From assembly GCA_030646915.1 (NCBI GenBank), contig JAUSKT010000012.1:4663-68662 (forward strand): 64,000 nt of DNA. Direction: 5' to 3'. The DNA is from a bacterium (lineage in GTDB: Bacteria; Patescibacteriota; Minisyncoccia; UBA6257; 02-FULL-45-10c). The translations under genes and the position numbers were made by a program. Positions 53,742 to 62,263 of the stretch are shown here, one piece after another (position 1 is the first letter of the stretch; the number at the start of each line of letters is the position of its first letter). The notes beneath the pieces are model-generated. The model saw only the letters and a program-made list of their open reading frames with translations. It was not told where the DNA came from and ran no database searches.

Positions 53742-54455
53742 TTAGCGCGTGTGGCCGCCACGTCGGGTCAGCTTCTCGGGCTTCGCGCTGGTCTGAGCCG
53801 ACGCGACTTCCGTTACGCCGAGGCTCTGCCCCATGGTGAACGGCTTGGACGACTGCTCCCGAGGCTTGAGCCACCCGAGCGACCGCTCGGCCGTGGCGTA
53901 CTGATCATTGAACTTGATCGCCTTGGCCTTGTCCTGGGTCTTCTTGATGAGCTCATCCAGCTTTCGGAGGCCGAACTGGACGGAGTTGTAGTTCATCCCG
54001 CCCTGGGGAACCACGCTTCCATCCTCGTGGACATTGAAGAGTTCGGCGAACATCTTCGCGCTGAATCCGCGCTTGCCGATCTCCTTCGTCCGTTCGTCTT
54101 CCGAACCCTTATTCACGGCCTTCAGGGCGTTCTTCAAGCTCAGGTACATGCTGGTCGCCTTCGAGGCGATCCGCTTGTCCCACTTGCTCTTGCCCTTGCC
54201 GAGGATGGCGACCGGTTCGTGGCTGACGCGGTACTGCAGGTGGTTGCAGAGTTCGACGATCTTGGACTTGTCGTAGTCCCTGACCGCGTTGCCCACCGTT
54301 TCCAGCGCCGTGACCTCTTCCATCCGGGCCTTACTGATCACGTCTTCCTTCCCGCTTTTCTCCACGGCGCGTACGTTGCCGTAGGCGGTGACGTGCTTTA
54401 CGAGGAGATCGGTCACCCGATCTCTTTCTTCCACGGACAGTGTCCTGTTGTTCAT
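53742..54455 (-). CDS. Hypothetical protein, the most GC-rich gene of the window
   Basis: 237 aa with AGGAGAG upstream of the ATG and promoter and terminator on the minus strand. Its composition is K/E-rich and protein-like, unlike the R/L/G-rich antisense ORF 53751-54479. Confidence 0.65.
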   Translation of the reverse strand: MNNRTLSVEERDRVTDLLVKHVTAYGNVRAVEKSGKEDVISKARMEEVTALETVGNAVRDYDKSKIVELCNHLQYRVSHEPVAILGKGKSKWDKRIASKATSMYLSLKNALKAVNKGSEDERTKEIGKRGFSAKMFAELFNVHEDGSVVPQGGMNYNSVQFGLRKLDELIKKTQDKAKAIKFNDQYATAERSLGWLKPREQSSKPFTMGQSLGVTEVASAQTSAKPEKLTRRGGHTR

Positions 54456-54532
54456 TTTTCTATACTCTCCTTGCCTTGATAGGCAGTGCGTCTATGTCGT
54501 TGCTTTATTCATGATGCAGGGTACTAAAATAA

Positions 54533-54588
54533 ATATTATCATAAAAAAAGACCCTTGTCAATACCCGCGTAGCAGGATTAACAAGGGT
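54533..54588 (-). promoter_or_regulatory. Terminator hairpin of 54601-55296 overlapping a TTGACA-17-TAATAT promoter for 53742-54455
   Basis: Hairpin acccttgt...acaagggt (54551-54588) plus a T-run. The minus-strand -35 is at 54556-54561 and the -10 at 54533-54538. Confidence 0.5.
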
Positions 54589-54600
54589 TAATGATTGAAA

Positions 54601-55296
54601 TTAGAGAGGAAAAGTCGGGGTATTTTTCAAAAATTCCGGAACATCAGTTGCCGTTATCCGTGAAACCATTACGACGATATTTCTTTTTTCATCGAAATTC
54701 GCGTCAATTTTGAGATAGCCGAATTCTTGAGATCTGAATGCCGGCGCTCCAAACTTGAGACGATACTTCACGAGAAGCGGATTCCAGCATTCGGTTTTGG
54801 AATACCAGTCTAGCCAGATATCACCATGAATTTCGTTTTCGGTTTGGTTTTGGTGCTGGATGGAAAATGCGGATTTTTCTTCGCGATCCGGAAACATAGT
54901 AAATCGGCCACAAAGAAGCCCGAGGACTGGCAGCGCTTTTTGGGTATGCCGGAAATGCATCCGCTGGAAAAGATAATCCAGGTCATCCGGAATTTTAGGA
55001 AAGGTAACGATGAGTGGTTTCGCGTCGGTCGACATCGAAAAAAGAAGTTCCTTTTCCAATTCAACTTCATTGCGAGTTCCAAGATGGCGGAGATAAATCG
55101 TTTTAGCTTCTGGCTTGCTGCCATCGGCATTCGGATCAAAAGCTGATATGCCATCCGGAAGAATTAAGCCGTTCTTTAGCGCGATTTCAAATTCAGATTT
55201 TAGGACCGTAGTTTCCAATCCCAGTTTCAATGCCTTTCCAATAATTCCCGCAAATCGCCTTTCAGGAGTTTGTTTGGGTGCGATGGCCGTTTCCAT
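54601..55296 (-). CDS. Hypothetical protein (accessory island)
   Basis: 231 aa with AAGGAGG upstream of the ATG. No recognisable family. Confidence 0.6.
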   Translation of the reverse strand: METAIAPKQTPERRFAGIIGKALKLGLETTVLKSEFEIALKNGLILPDGISAFDPNADGSKPEAKTIYLRHLGTRNEVELEKELLFSMSTDAKPLIVTFPKIPDDLDYLFQRMHFRHTQKALPVLGLLCGRFTMFPDREEKSAFSIQHQNQTENEIHGDIWLDWYSKTECWNPLLVKYRLKFGAPAFRSQEFGYLKIDANFDEKRNIVVMVSRITATDVPEFLKNTPTFPL

Positions 55297-55325
55297 GACG
55301 CCTCCTTATTCAAATGTGAACGAGC

Positions 55326-55381
55326 TTGTAACTTACAATATATTGTACACTATTTTTTTAATTTTGTAAAGGGCTTTACAA
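55326..55381. promoter_or_regulatory. Operator-like palindromes built on the TTGTAA/TTACAA half-site
   Basis: ttgtaacttacaa (55326-55338), ttgtaca (55343-55349) and ttgtaaagggctttacaa (55364-55381), lying between divergent genes. Confidence 0.35.
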
Positions 55382-55403
55382 AAATTTTTACTAATAATAA
55401 ACT

Positions 55404-55754
55404 TTGAGCATGCCTAATTTAAATGAAAAACAATTACAGGAATTAAAAGAACAATTAGAAAAAGAAGCTGGAGAGCTTGAGGCCCAGATGGGTTCAGTTA
55501 AAAAAACTCCAGAATTCGGCAGCGATGTTGAGAGCGATCTTTCAGAAGAGGCGGATGAGGCGGAAGAATTTTCCAATAATTTAGGAACAAAAGACGTTCT
55601 TAAAGAAAGGCTTCGTGATATTGAAGCTGCTTTGGATAAAATAATTAAAGGAGGATATGGAAAATGTGAAAAGTGCGGAATGGATATAGAATCAGAAATT
55701 TTGAAAGTAAATCCGGAATCCAGGCTTTGTAAAATGTGTAAGGCGGGAAAATAA
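55404..55754 (+). CDS. DksA/TraR-family C4 zinc-finger protein
   Basis: 116 aa with a coiled-coil N-terminus and C-terminal CEKCGMDI...CKMCK. Confidence 0.8.
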   Translation: MSMPNLNEKQLQELKEQLEKEAGELEAQMGSVKKTPEFGSDVESDLSEEADEAEEFSNNLGTKDVLKERLRDIEAALDKIIKGGYGKCEKCGMDIESEILKVNPESRLCKMCKAGK

Positions 55755-55758
55755 TGAA

Positions 55759-55881
55759 TCCCGTTAGAGACAACCAAACTATGTTTTATATATATCCAAA
55801 ATTTGAATCAATAATTAATAATCAGAAGTCAGTTAGGTGGCCGAGTTACGGTCATCTAAAGATGACCTGTCTCTAACGGGA
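55759..55881 (+). mobile_element. TIR element, long subfamily C (123 nt), on the comM start codon
   Basis: TGAA duplications at 55755-55758 and 55882-55885. The upstream ATG (55754-55756) overlaps the dksA-like stop TAA. The internal frame is 40 codons (MNPVRDNQTMFYIYPKFESIINNQKSVRWPSYGHLKMTCL). Confidence 0.88.
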
Positions 55882-57416
55882 TGAATCTTTCTAAAGTTTT
55901 TTCCGCCTCAATTGATGGCATTGAGGCTAAATTAATTGAAATTGAGACCGACGTTCACGTCGGTCTTCATAGTTTTAATATCGTCGGGCTGGCGGATAAA
56001 TCTTTATCAGAAGCAAAGGAGCGGGTCAGTTCAGCTTTGAAAAATAGCGGAGTAAAGCCGCCGACTAAAGAAAATCGGAAAATCGTGGTAAATCTTGCTC
56101 CGGCAGATTTAAAGAAAACCGGATCGCATTATGATTTGGGAATTGCAGTCGGCTATCTTTTGGCGACAAAACAAATAAAAGAATTTAATGCAAAAGATAA
56201 AATTTTTGTTGGAGAATTAGCGCTGGATGGCTCGCTTCGCCCGATTGGCGGAGTTTTGAATATTTCCCGCATGGCAGAGAAAGAAAAATTTAAAGAAGTT
56301 TTTGTGCCAAAAGAAAATGGAGTGGAAGCGGCGATTGTTGAGGGTGTAAAAGTTTTTCCTGTGAATAATTTATTGGAATTAATAAATCATTTAGAAAATC
56401 GGACTTTGATAAAACAGCAGCCAAAAACAGAAATTGAGCCGTCAATATCTTCCGAGCATAATTTAGTGGATATTTCTGATATCAAGGGCCAGGAAAATGC
56501 TAAGCGCGCTTTAATGATTGCTGCAGCCGGCGGGCATAATCTTTTAATGCAAGGAACGCCAGGCGCCGGTAAAACCATGCTTGCCCAAGCCTTGAATTCA
56601 ATTCTGCCCCCTCCGGATCTGGATGAAATTATGGAAATTACTCAAATCTACAGCGCGGCCGGACTTTTAAAAAATAATTCTTTTATTAATTGGCGCCCAT
56701 TTCGGGCTCCGCATCAGACCGCGTCTCCTGTCGCGGTTTTCGGCGGCGGGCAGAATCCGCGCCCCGGAGAAATCAGCTTGGCGCACCGGGGAATTTTATT
56801 TCTGGATGAACTTCCGGAATTCCGGAGAGATTTATTGGAATCCCTCCGCCAGCCGCTAGAAAGCGGGAAAGCAGTAATTTCCAGAATAAAAAATAATTTA
56901 GTTTTTCCAGCTAAGTTTACATTAGTAGCGGCAATGAATCCCTGCCCTTGCGGATATTATGGAGACGAAGAAAAAGACTGCAAATGTTCTGCGTTTGAAG
57001 TTTTCCGTTATCAAAAGAAAGTTTCCGGCCCGCTTTTAGACAGGATTGATTTGCAGATTAATGTGCCTCGGGTAAAAATAGAACATTTGCAGAATAAAAC
57101 TAGGGATGAAAAATCTGCCAATGAAATGCGGAAAAAAGTGGCAAATACCCGGAATATCCAAAAGGCCAGGTTGAAGAAATTTAAGATTTTAACTAACTCA
57201 GAAATGAGTTCCAAGATGTGTGATGAAATGATTGAACTTAATAAGGAAGCGGATAAATTCTTAAAAGATATTTTTGAAAAATCTTTAATTTCTGCCCGCG
57301 GTTATTACCGGATTTTAAAAACCGCCCAGACAATCGCTGATTTGGAAGAAGTTAAAAATGTGGATGTTGGGCATTTAGCTGAAGCATTTCAATATCGTTT
57401 AAGGGAGAATAGCTAA
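55881..57416 (+). CDS. comM: YifB/ComM Mg-chelatase-like AAA+ ATPase
   Basis: 511 aa with a Lon-protease-like N-domain, Walker A GTPGAGKT and Walker B LFLDELPEF. Confidence 0.9.
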   Translation: MNLSKVFSASIDGIEAKLIEIETDVHVGLHSFNIVGLADKSLSEAKERVSSALKNSGVKPPTKENRKIVVNLAPADLKKTGSHYDLGIAVGYLLATKQIKEFNAKDKIFVGELALDGSLRPIGGVLNISRMAEKEKFKEVFVPKENGVEAAIVEGVKVFPVNNLLELINHLENRTLIKQQPKTEIEPSISSEHNLVDISDIKGQENAKRALMIAAAGGHNLLMQGTPGAGKTMLAQALNSILPPPDLDEIMEITQIYSAAGLLKNNSFINWRPFRAPHQTASPVAVFGGGQNPRPGEISLAHRGILFLDELPEFRRDLLESLRQPLESGKAVISRIKNNLVFPAKFTLVAAMNPCPCGYYGDEEKDCKCSAFEVFRYQKKVSGPLLDRIDLQINVPRVKIEHLQNKTRDEKSANEMRKKVANTRNIQKARLKKFKILTNSEMSSKMCDEMIELNKEADKFLKDIFEKSLISARGYYRILKTAQTIADLEEVKNVDVGHLAEAFQYRLRENS

Positions 57417-57422
57417 ATAAAA

Positions 57423-57456
57423 CCGCCCCAATACACATCGGGGCGGTAATTTTTTA
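57423..57456. terminator. Bidirectional rho-independent terminator
   Basis: accgcccc-aatacacatc-ggggcggt with A-runs before and T-runs after, lying between convergent genes. Confidence 0.75.
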
Positions 57457-57467
57457 ATAAAAATATT

Positions 57468-58544
57468 TTATGGGACGAGGCTGCTGAGAACTTTTTTAAG
57501 TCCGTTATAGGAAGTGCTTAGTACTAATTTGTCTCCAGACCAAACTATATTGAGTCCGGCGCCTTTTTTGGAATAGGTTAAATAACGAGTTGAAAGCCCG
57601 TTTAATTGTCCAGTTTTAAATCCGCTTGCACTTGGCGTTCCGGGAGAAGTTAGAAAAAGATTCTGGAGATTTGTAGAGGTTTCTAAAATAGTTGAGAAAG
57701 TCTGGCCGTCTGCAAGATTTGCATTAGGAGCAAGTTTTAAAATATAGGCCGGCCAAACACCATCTTGGTCGTAAAAAAGTCCAGTAGTAAAGTCTTCGCC
57801 AAAAAGGCTTTTTATATTATCCATGGATAATTCTGGAAAAACAGCCGATAAAAATTTGGAAGCATCTAGCGGGCCGTTGGCATCGCTTAAAGAAACCTCT
57901 ATCAAATTTCCAGAAGGATTGGATTTTTGGGCTTCTTGATTTAAAGCGTTAGTTAAAGATGTTAAGTCGGAACTCGCTAAATTTACTTCAACTGCGCTAT
58001 CTGAAGATTGCAAAAGAGATTGGTGAATGCGCCCCTCATTTTCCGTTGTTGCGACTGGAACCTCTGGGGTTTCTGTAGTTGTTGGCGGAGTTACGGCTGG
58101 GGGTGGGGGCGGAGTTTGTGTTGGAAAAAGCATTGGAAAGAGTACAAAGTAGCTTAGCAGTCCAACTCCAACCGCAACAACAACTACCCCTCCCCAAAGT
58201 AAAAGCTTTTTTCCTCTTCCACTGGCAGCCGGCTCTTCTTCAATAACTGGCGCCATTTCTTTTTCCATTTCTGCCTTTAGATTTTCTCTTGGAGAGCCAA
58301 AATCAGCAGGAGTAATTTTAGGCGGCGGCGGAGGCGGGGTTGTTGGCGCGGACCATTCTTTTTTTAGTTCCGGAGGAGTAAATGGTTTTGGCGCCGGGCC
58401 AGATCCGCCGGTTTCTTTTAGGGATTCCAAATCAGACTTCATAGTTCGAAGCGTAATTTCTGGAGGAGGTGGAGGCAGAGGCATAGTCGGCCGTCCGCCA
58501 GGTGGCGGAGGAAAACTAGATGGCTGCGGATTTAAATCATCCAT
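57468..58544 (-). CDS. Hypothetical proline-rich single-pass membrane protein
   Basis: 358 aa with PPPPP tracts, one TM helix and an extracytoplasmic C-terminal domain. Confidence 0.55.
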   Translation of the reverse strand: MDDLNPQPSSFPPPPGGRPTMPLPPPPPEITLRTMKSDLESLKETGGSGPAPKPFTPPELKKEWSAPTTPPPPPPKITPADFGSPRENLKAEMEKEMAPVIEEEPAASGRGKKLLLWGGVVVVAVGVGLLSYFVLFPMLFPTQTPPPPPAVTPPTTTETPEVPVATTENEGRIHQSLLQSSDSAVEVNLASSDLTSLTNALNQEAQKSNPSGNLIEVSLSDANGPLDASKFLSAVFPELSMDNIKSLFGEDFTTGLFYDQDGVWPAYILKLAPNANLADGQTFSTILETSTNLQNLFLTSPGTPSASGFKTGQLNGLSTRYLTYSKKGAGLNIVWSGDKLVLSTSYNGLKKVLSSLVP

Positions 58545-58649
58545 CCCGTTTAGAAAATTAAATTAAACGTCTTGCCGACTGAAGACTTCCGATAATGCTC
58601 TTTAAGACAATTTAGTACTATAATCATATTTGTTAATTTTCTAACGGGA
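58544..58649 (-). mobile_element. TIR element, long subfamily A (106 nt), on the start codon of 57468-58544
   Basis: TGGA duplications on both sides (ATGGAT/ATGGAT). The internal frame encodes MDPVRKLTNMIIVLNCLKEHYRKSSVGKTFNLIF. Confidence 0.88.
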
Positions 58650-58721
58650 TCCATATTTTTTATTGTAACATAAACAAAATCCCCGGCTTTTTAGGCTGGG
58701 GATAAAAGAACCTATTTGATT

Positions 58722-60830
58722 CTATTTATTTAACTGCTTTATAGAAAGCCCGATTTTTCCGTTTTCTGATTTTATAATTTTTGCTCGGACAAAATCTCCA
58801 ATTTTCACCACATCTTCCACTTTTTTAACAAAACCTTCTTTTAATTCGGAAACGTGAATCATACCGTCTTTGCCGCCACCAAACTCTACGATAGCGCCGA
58901 ATTCCAAAATTTTAACCACATTTCCTTCCACAATATCTCCGATTTTATATTCTTTAACTATTGCCATTACTTGTTCCAGCGCTTTTCTACCAGTTTCTTG
59001 GTTTGGAGCAGTGATAAATACTTGGCCATCGTCTTCTATATCAATAGAAGTAGCGCCAGTTTTTTCAATGATTCCATTTATAACTTTTCCTCCAGAGCCG
59101 ATAACGTCGCCGATTTGAGATGGATTAATTTTTAAGCTTAAAATACTTGGCGCAAATGGGGATAATTCTTTTCTTGCTTCGGGAAGAGCTTTAACAATAG
59201 TTTTTAATATATGAAGACGGGCTTCTTTTGCCTGCGCTAAAGTTCTATCCAGCATTTCTTCTGTAATTCCCTGAATTTTTACGTCCATTTGGATTGCGGT
59301 TACTCCAGAATCAGTTCCGGCTACTTTAAAATCCATATCTCCATGATGGTCTTCCGGCCCTTGAATGTCAGTCAGGATTTTATATTTATTTCCTTTCTCA
59401 TCAAGCATTAATCCCATAGCAATTCCCGCTGCTGGTTTTCTAATTGGCACTCCGGCATCCATTAAAGATAAGCTTCCGGCACAAACTGTCGCCATTGAAG
59501 ATGATCCATTAGAAGATAAAATTTCTGAAACTAATCTAATTGTGTAAGGAAATTCTTCCTGAGTTGGAAGTAAAGCGTTAAGGGCTTTATGGGCGAGATT
59601 TCCATGGCCAATATCTCTCCTGCTTGGACCGCGGAATGGTCCGATTTCGCCCACTGAATATGGAGGGAAATTATAATGGAGTAAAAATCTTTTTTTGCCG
59701 GAAAATTCTACAGTTTCCACTAATTGTTGGTCGCCGGGACCGCCAAGCGTGGTAACGGCGAGCGATTGAGTATTGCCGCGGACAAATAAGGCTGAGCCAT
59801 GGACTCTTGGTAGAATCGCGACTTCGGCGTGGAGATCCCGCACCTCATCTAATTTTCTGCTATCCGGACGTTTTTCCTCTTTAAGGACTTTTTCATGGAC
59901 TAAGGCATTTACTTCTTCTTCAAAAATAGCCTCAACTTCTTTTAAGTCGTCTTCGGCGTGCTTTTCCAAAACCAAAAATTCTTTTAAAGATTCTCTTAGG
60001 GCGGCCATATTGTTATACATTTCAGTTTTATTGGGATTATAAACTGCCTTTTCTAATTTTCCTTTTAAGAAAGTTACAATTTTTTTCTTTAATTCTTGGC
60101 TTGGATTAGCAAGCTGAATTTTAGTCTTGGGTTTTCTGATTTCTTTTATAACGGATTCTTGCCAGGAAATTAATTTTTGGATTTCTTTATGGCCTTGGGT
60201 AAAAGCGCTGACCACATTTTTTTCTGGAGCTTCATCGCCTTCAAGTTCAATCATATTGATCCTTTCTTTGGTTCCGGAAACAAAAGCATTAAATTCCACT
60301 TTATTGCCGGCTATTTCTGAAAAAGTCGGATTAAATTTAGCTGAAGAATCGTCTTTGAATTTTACGATTTTTATTCCTGCTACCGGGCCGTCCCAAGGAA
60401 TAGGAGAAATGGCGATTGCAGTTGAGGCGCTTAAAAGCCCGATAAAATCCGGGTCATTTTCATTATCTACAGAAAGCACCGTCACTACTATTTGCACTTC
60501 CCTGCGGATTCTTTGGTCAAAAAGCGGGCGGATAGTCCGGTCAATCAATCTTCCGCTTAAAATCGCTTCATCAGAAGACCTTCCTTCCCGGCGCATAAAC
60601 CGGCTGCCTAGAATTTTTCCGGCGGCATAAAATTTTTCTTCATAATTAACCATTAACGGAAAATAATTACTATCTTTATCTTTTCCGCCCATAACTGCGG
60701 TGGCAAGCACGGTTGTTCCGCCGTAAGTTCCGATTACCGCGGCGTCAGCAAACTCAGCAATTCTGGAAACTTCCAGGGTTAATGGTTTTCCCGCAAATTC
60801 AGTTTTAAATTGTTTTCTTTGTAAATCCAT
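58722..60830 (-). CDS. pnp: Polyribonucleotide nucleotidyltransferase (PNPase)
   Basis: 702 aa with two RNase PH domains, a KH domain and an S1 domain. Confidence 0.95.
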   Translation of the reverse strand: MDLQRKQFKTEFAGKPLTLEVSRIAEFADAAVIGTYGGTTVLATAVMGGKDKDSNYFPLMVNYEEKFYAAGKILGSRFMRREGRSSDEAILSGRLIDRTIRPLFDQRIRREVQIVVTVLSVDNENDPDFIGLLSASTAIAISPIPWDGPVAGIKIVKFKDDSSAKFNPTFSEIAGNKVEFNAFVSGTKERINMIELEGDEAPEKNVVSAFTQGHKEIQKLISWQESVIKEIRKPKTKIQLANPSQELKKKIVTFLKGKLEKAVYNPNKTEMYNNMAALRESLKEFLVLEKHAEDDLKEVEAIFEEEVNALVHEKVLKEEKRPDSRKLDEVRDLHAEVAILPRVHGSALFVRGNTQSLAVTTLGGPGDQQLVETVEFSGKKRFLLHYNFPPYSVGEIGPFRGPSRRDIGHGNLAHKALNALLPTQEEFPYTIRLVSEILSSNGSSSMATVCAGSLSLMDAGVPIRKPAAGIAMGLMLDEKGNKYKILTDIQGPEDHHGDMDFKVAGTDSGVTAIQMDVKIQGITEEMLDRTLAQAKEARLHILKTIVKALPEARKELSPFAPSILSLKINPSQIGDVIGSGGKVINGIIEKTGATSIDIEDDGQVFITAPNQETGRKALEQVMAIVKEYKIGDIVEGNVVKILEFGAIVEFGGGKDGMIHVSELKEGFVKKVEDVVKIGDFVRAKIIKSENGKIGLSIKQLNK

Positions 60831-60832
60831 AA

Positions 60833-60939
60833 TTTTAGCTTCTTAGGTTTTAGCTTATTAGCTTTTTAGATTTGATAATATTTTGTTTAACATTTTCATT
60901 ATTCCCAATAAGCTAAGAAGCTAACTGGCTAAAAAGCTA
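60833..60939 (-). promoter_or_regulatory. Long imperfect hairpin in the pnp 5' leader
   Basis: About 34-nt arms built from tagcttNttag words (60833-60869 versus 60906-60939) around a loop of about 36 nt, immediately upstream of the pnp ATG. Confidence 0.5.
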
Positions 60940-61437
60940 TTTCTTTAATAATATTTTTGGCAATTTTTCCAAATCAATGAATTCATCCGCCGCTTCTTTT
61001 ATTTTTCCGGATCCGCTTCTTCCGAAAGCCGCTACCTCCACCGTTCTGCCCATTCCCCATTTTAGATATTCCACTAACGGGACAAAATCTCCGTCGCCAG
61101 TTACTAAAATTACTACATCTAAAAGATTAGACATTCGGATTGCGTCTACTGCCATGCCGACATCCCAATCAGCTTTTTTCATTCCGCCTGGATAAATTTG
61201 AAGATCCTTACTGCGAAGTTCTAATCCGGCTTTTTCCAGGGCGTCAAAAAATTCCGCTTCTCCTTTGGCGGTATCGCTTTTTACTACATAGGCCATGGCG
61301 ATTACAAGCTGCCGGCCGCTCACAAGCTCTTTCATCAATTCTTTATAATTGACCCGAGCGTGATATAAATTTTTAGAAGAGTGGTAAAGATTTTGAATAT
61401 CAACAAATATTCCCACTCTCTGATCTTTTCGTTTCAT
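60937..61437 (-). CDS. NYN/LabA-like domain protein
   Basis: VGIFVDIQNLYHS...VILVTGDGDFVPLVEYL. The start is set at MKRKDQ (61437) rather than the track position 61479. Confidence 0.7.
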   Translation of the reverse strand: MKRKDQRVGIFVDIQNLYHSSKNLYHARVNYKELMKELVSGRQLVIAMAYVVKSDTAKGEAEFFDALEKAGLELRSKDLQIYPGGMKKADWDVGMAVDAIRMSNLLDVVILVTGDGDFVPLVEYLKWGMGRTVEVAAFGRSGSGKIKEAADEFIDLEKLPKILLKK

Positions 61438-61560
61438 TACTGATTGCGCTTCGCAAAGCCAAGATACAAATGCACACAAATGATACCAATTTTATCCCAG
61501 TATCATTTGTATGAATTCGTACTTTAGATGGGGAAGCGCTTAATTAATTTAGTTTATAAT

Positions 61561-61827
61561 TTATTTTTTCAATCCCAATTTTTTAATAGTTGAGCTGTAA
61601 GATTTAGGATTTTTCTTTGAAAGATAATCCAATAATCTTTTTCTTTTGCCGACCATTTTTAATAACCCTCTTCGGGAATGGTTGTCTTTCCGGTGTTTTT
61701 TAAGGTGGCCGGTTAATTCCTCGATTTGCCTGGTTAAAAGCGCAACTTGAACAGCCGGAGATCCGGTATCTTTATCATGTTCCTGATGTTCTTTTAAAAC
61801 GTTAATTTTTTGCCTGACACTTAACAT
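61561..61827 (-). CDS. rpsO: 30S ribosomal protein S15
   Basis: 88 aa with [37 protein letters not shown]. Confidence 0.93.
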   Translation of the reverse strand: MLSVRQKINVLKEHQEHDKDTGSPAVQVALLTRQIEELTGHLKKHRKDNHSRRGLLKMVGKRKRLLDYLSKKNPKSYSSTIKKLGLKK

Positions 61828-61895
61828 TGTTGTCTATTATAGACTATTTGTTTAAAAAAATCAACCCCCCCATTTTATTAATTAAAAAACCGGCA

Positions 61896-62162
61896 TTATT
61901 CTGCCGGTTTGAATTTATCTGCAAGCCATTCAAGATCAGATCCGTCTGCTCCTAAAACTTCTTCAAGATATACCAAGCCGCATTTCCATTCTTCTAGAAC
62001 TTTTCCTTTCAGCCACCAATCGGATTTGAGATGCCGTTTTTGATATTCTTCTAAAGAAACATGTTCTTTTATGGTATAGATTTTATTAGTGCTGAACATT
62101 GCCTTATCCATAAAATCTAGTTTGCCTTCAATGCAAACTACTCGATCGCCTGGTTTGAACAT
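61896..62162 (-). CDS. Hypothetical small protein
   Basis: 88-aa ORF. A terminator hairpin aaaccggc/gccggttt overlaps its stop. Confidence 0.45.
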   Translation of the reverse strand: MFKPGDRVVCIEGKLDFMDKAMFSTNKIYTIKEHVSLEEYQKRHLKSDWWLKGKVLEEWKCGLVYLEEVLGADGSDLEWLADKFKPAE

Positions 62163-62263
62163 TTTAGCTTTTTAATTGAATAAGTTCTAAAAAGATATTA
62201 GCAGAAGCTTCCAGAAAAAACAACACTTACCTGTCGCAAAATGTTAAATGGTATAATTAGTTT

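Noticed and set aside
14750-54455. A diversity-generating retroelement or retron, to explain the GC-rich segments and repeats.
   Set aside because: There is no reverse transcriptase ORF, and I could not recognise a template/variable repeat pair with adenine-specific differences.
53751-54479. 242-aa plus-strand ORF antisense to 53742-54455, plus other long ORFs in this GC-rich stretch (53665-53874, 54034-54276).
   Set aside because: High GC content suppresses stops in all frames. The minus-strand ORF has the SD, promoter, terminator and a protein-like K/E/D-rich composition. The plus-strand product is R/L/G/A-rich, as is typical of antisense frames.
1946-58649. Interpreting the inverted termini as operator sites of a DNA-damage regulon, since many flanked genes are repair or recombination genes.
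   Set aside because: The same termini occur inside coding regions in frame, with target-site duplications and a tandem double insertion. Those features fit transposition, not operators. The repair-gene bias may simply reflect the gene content of this window.
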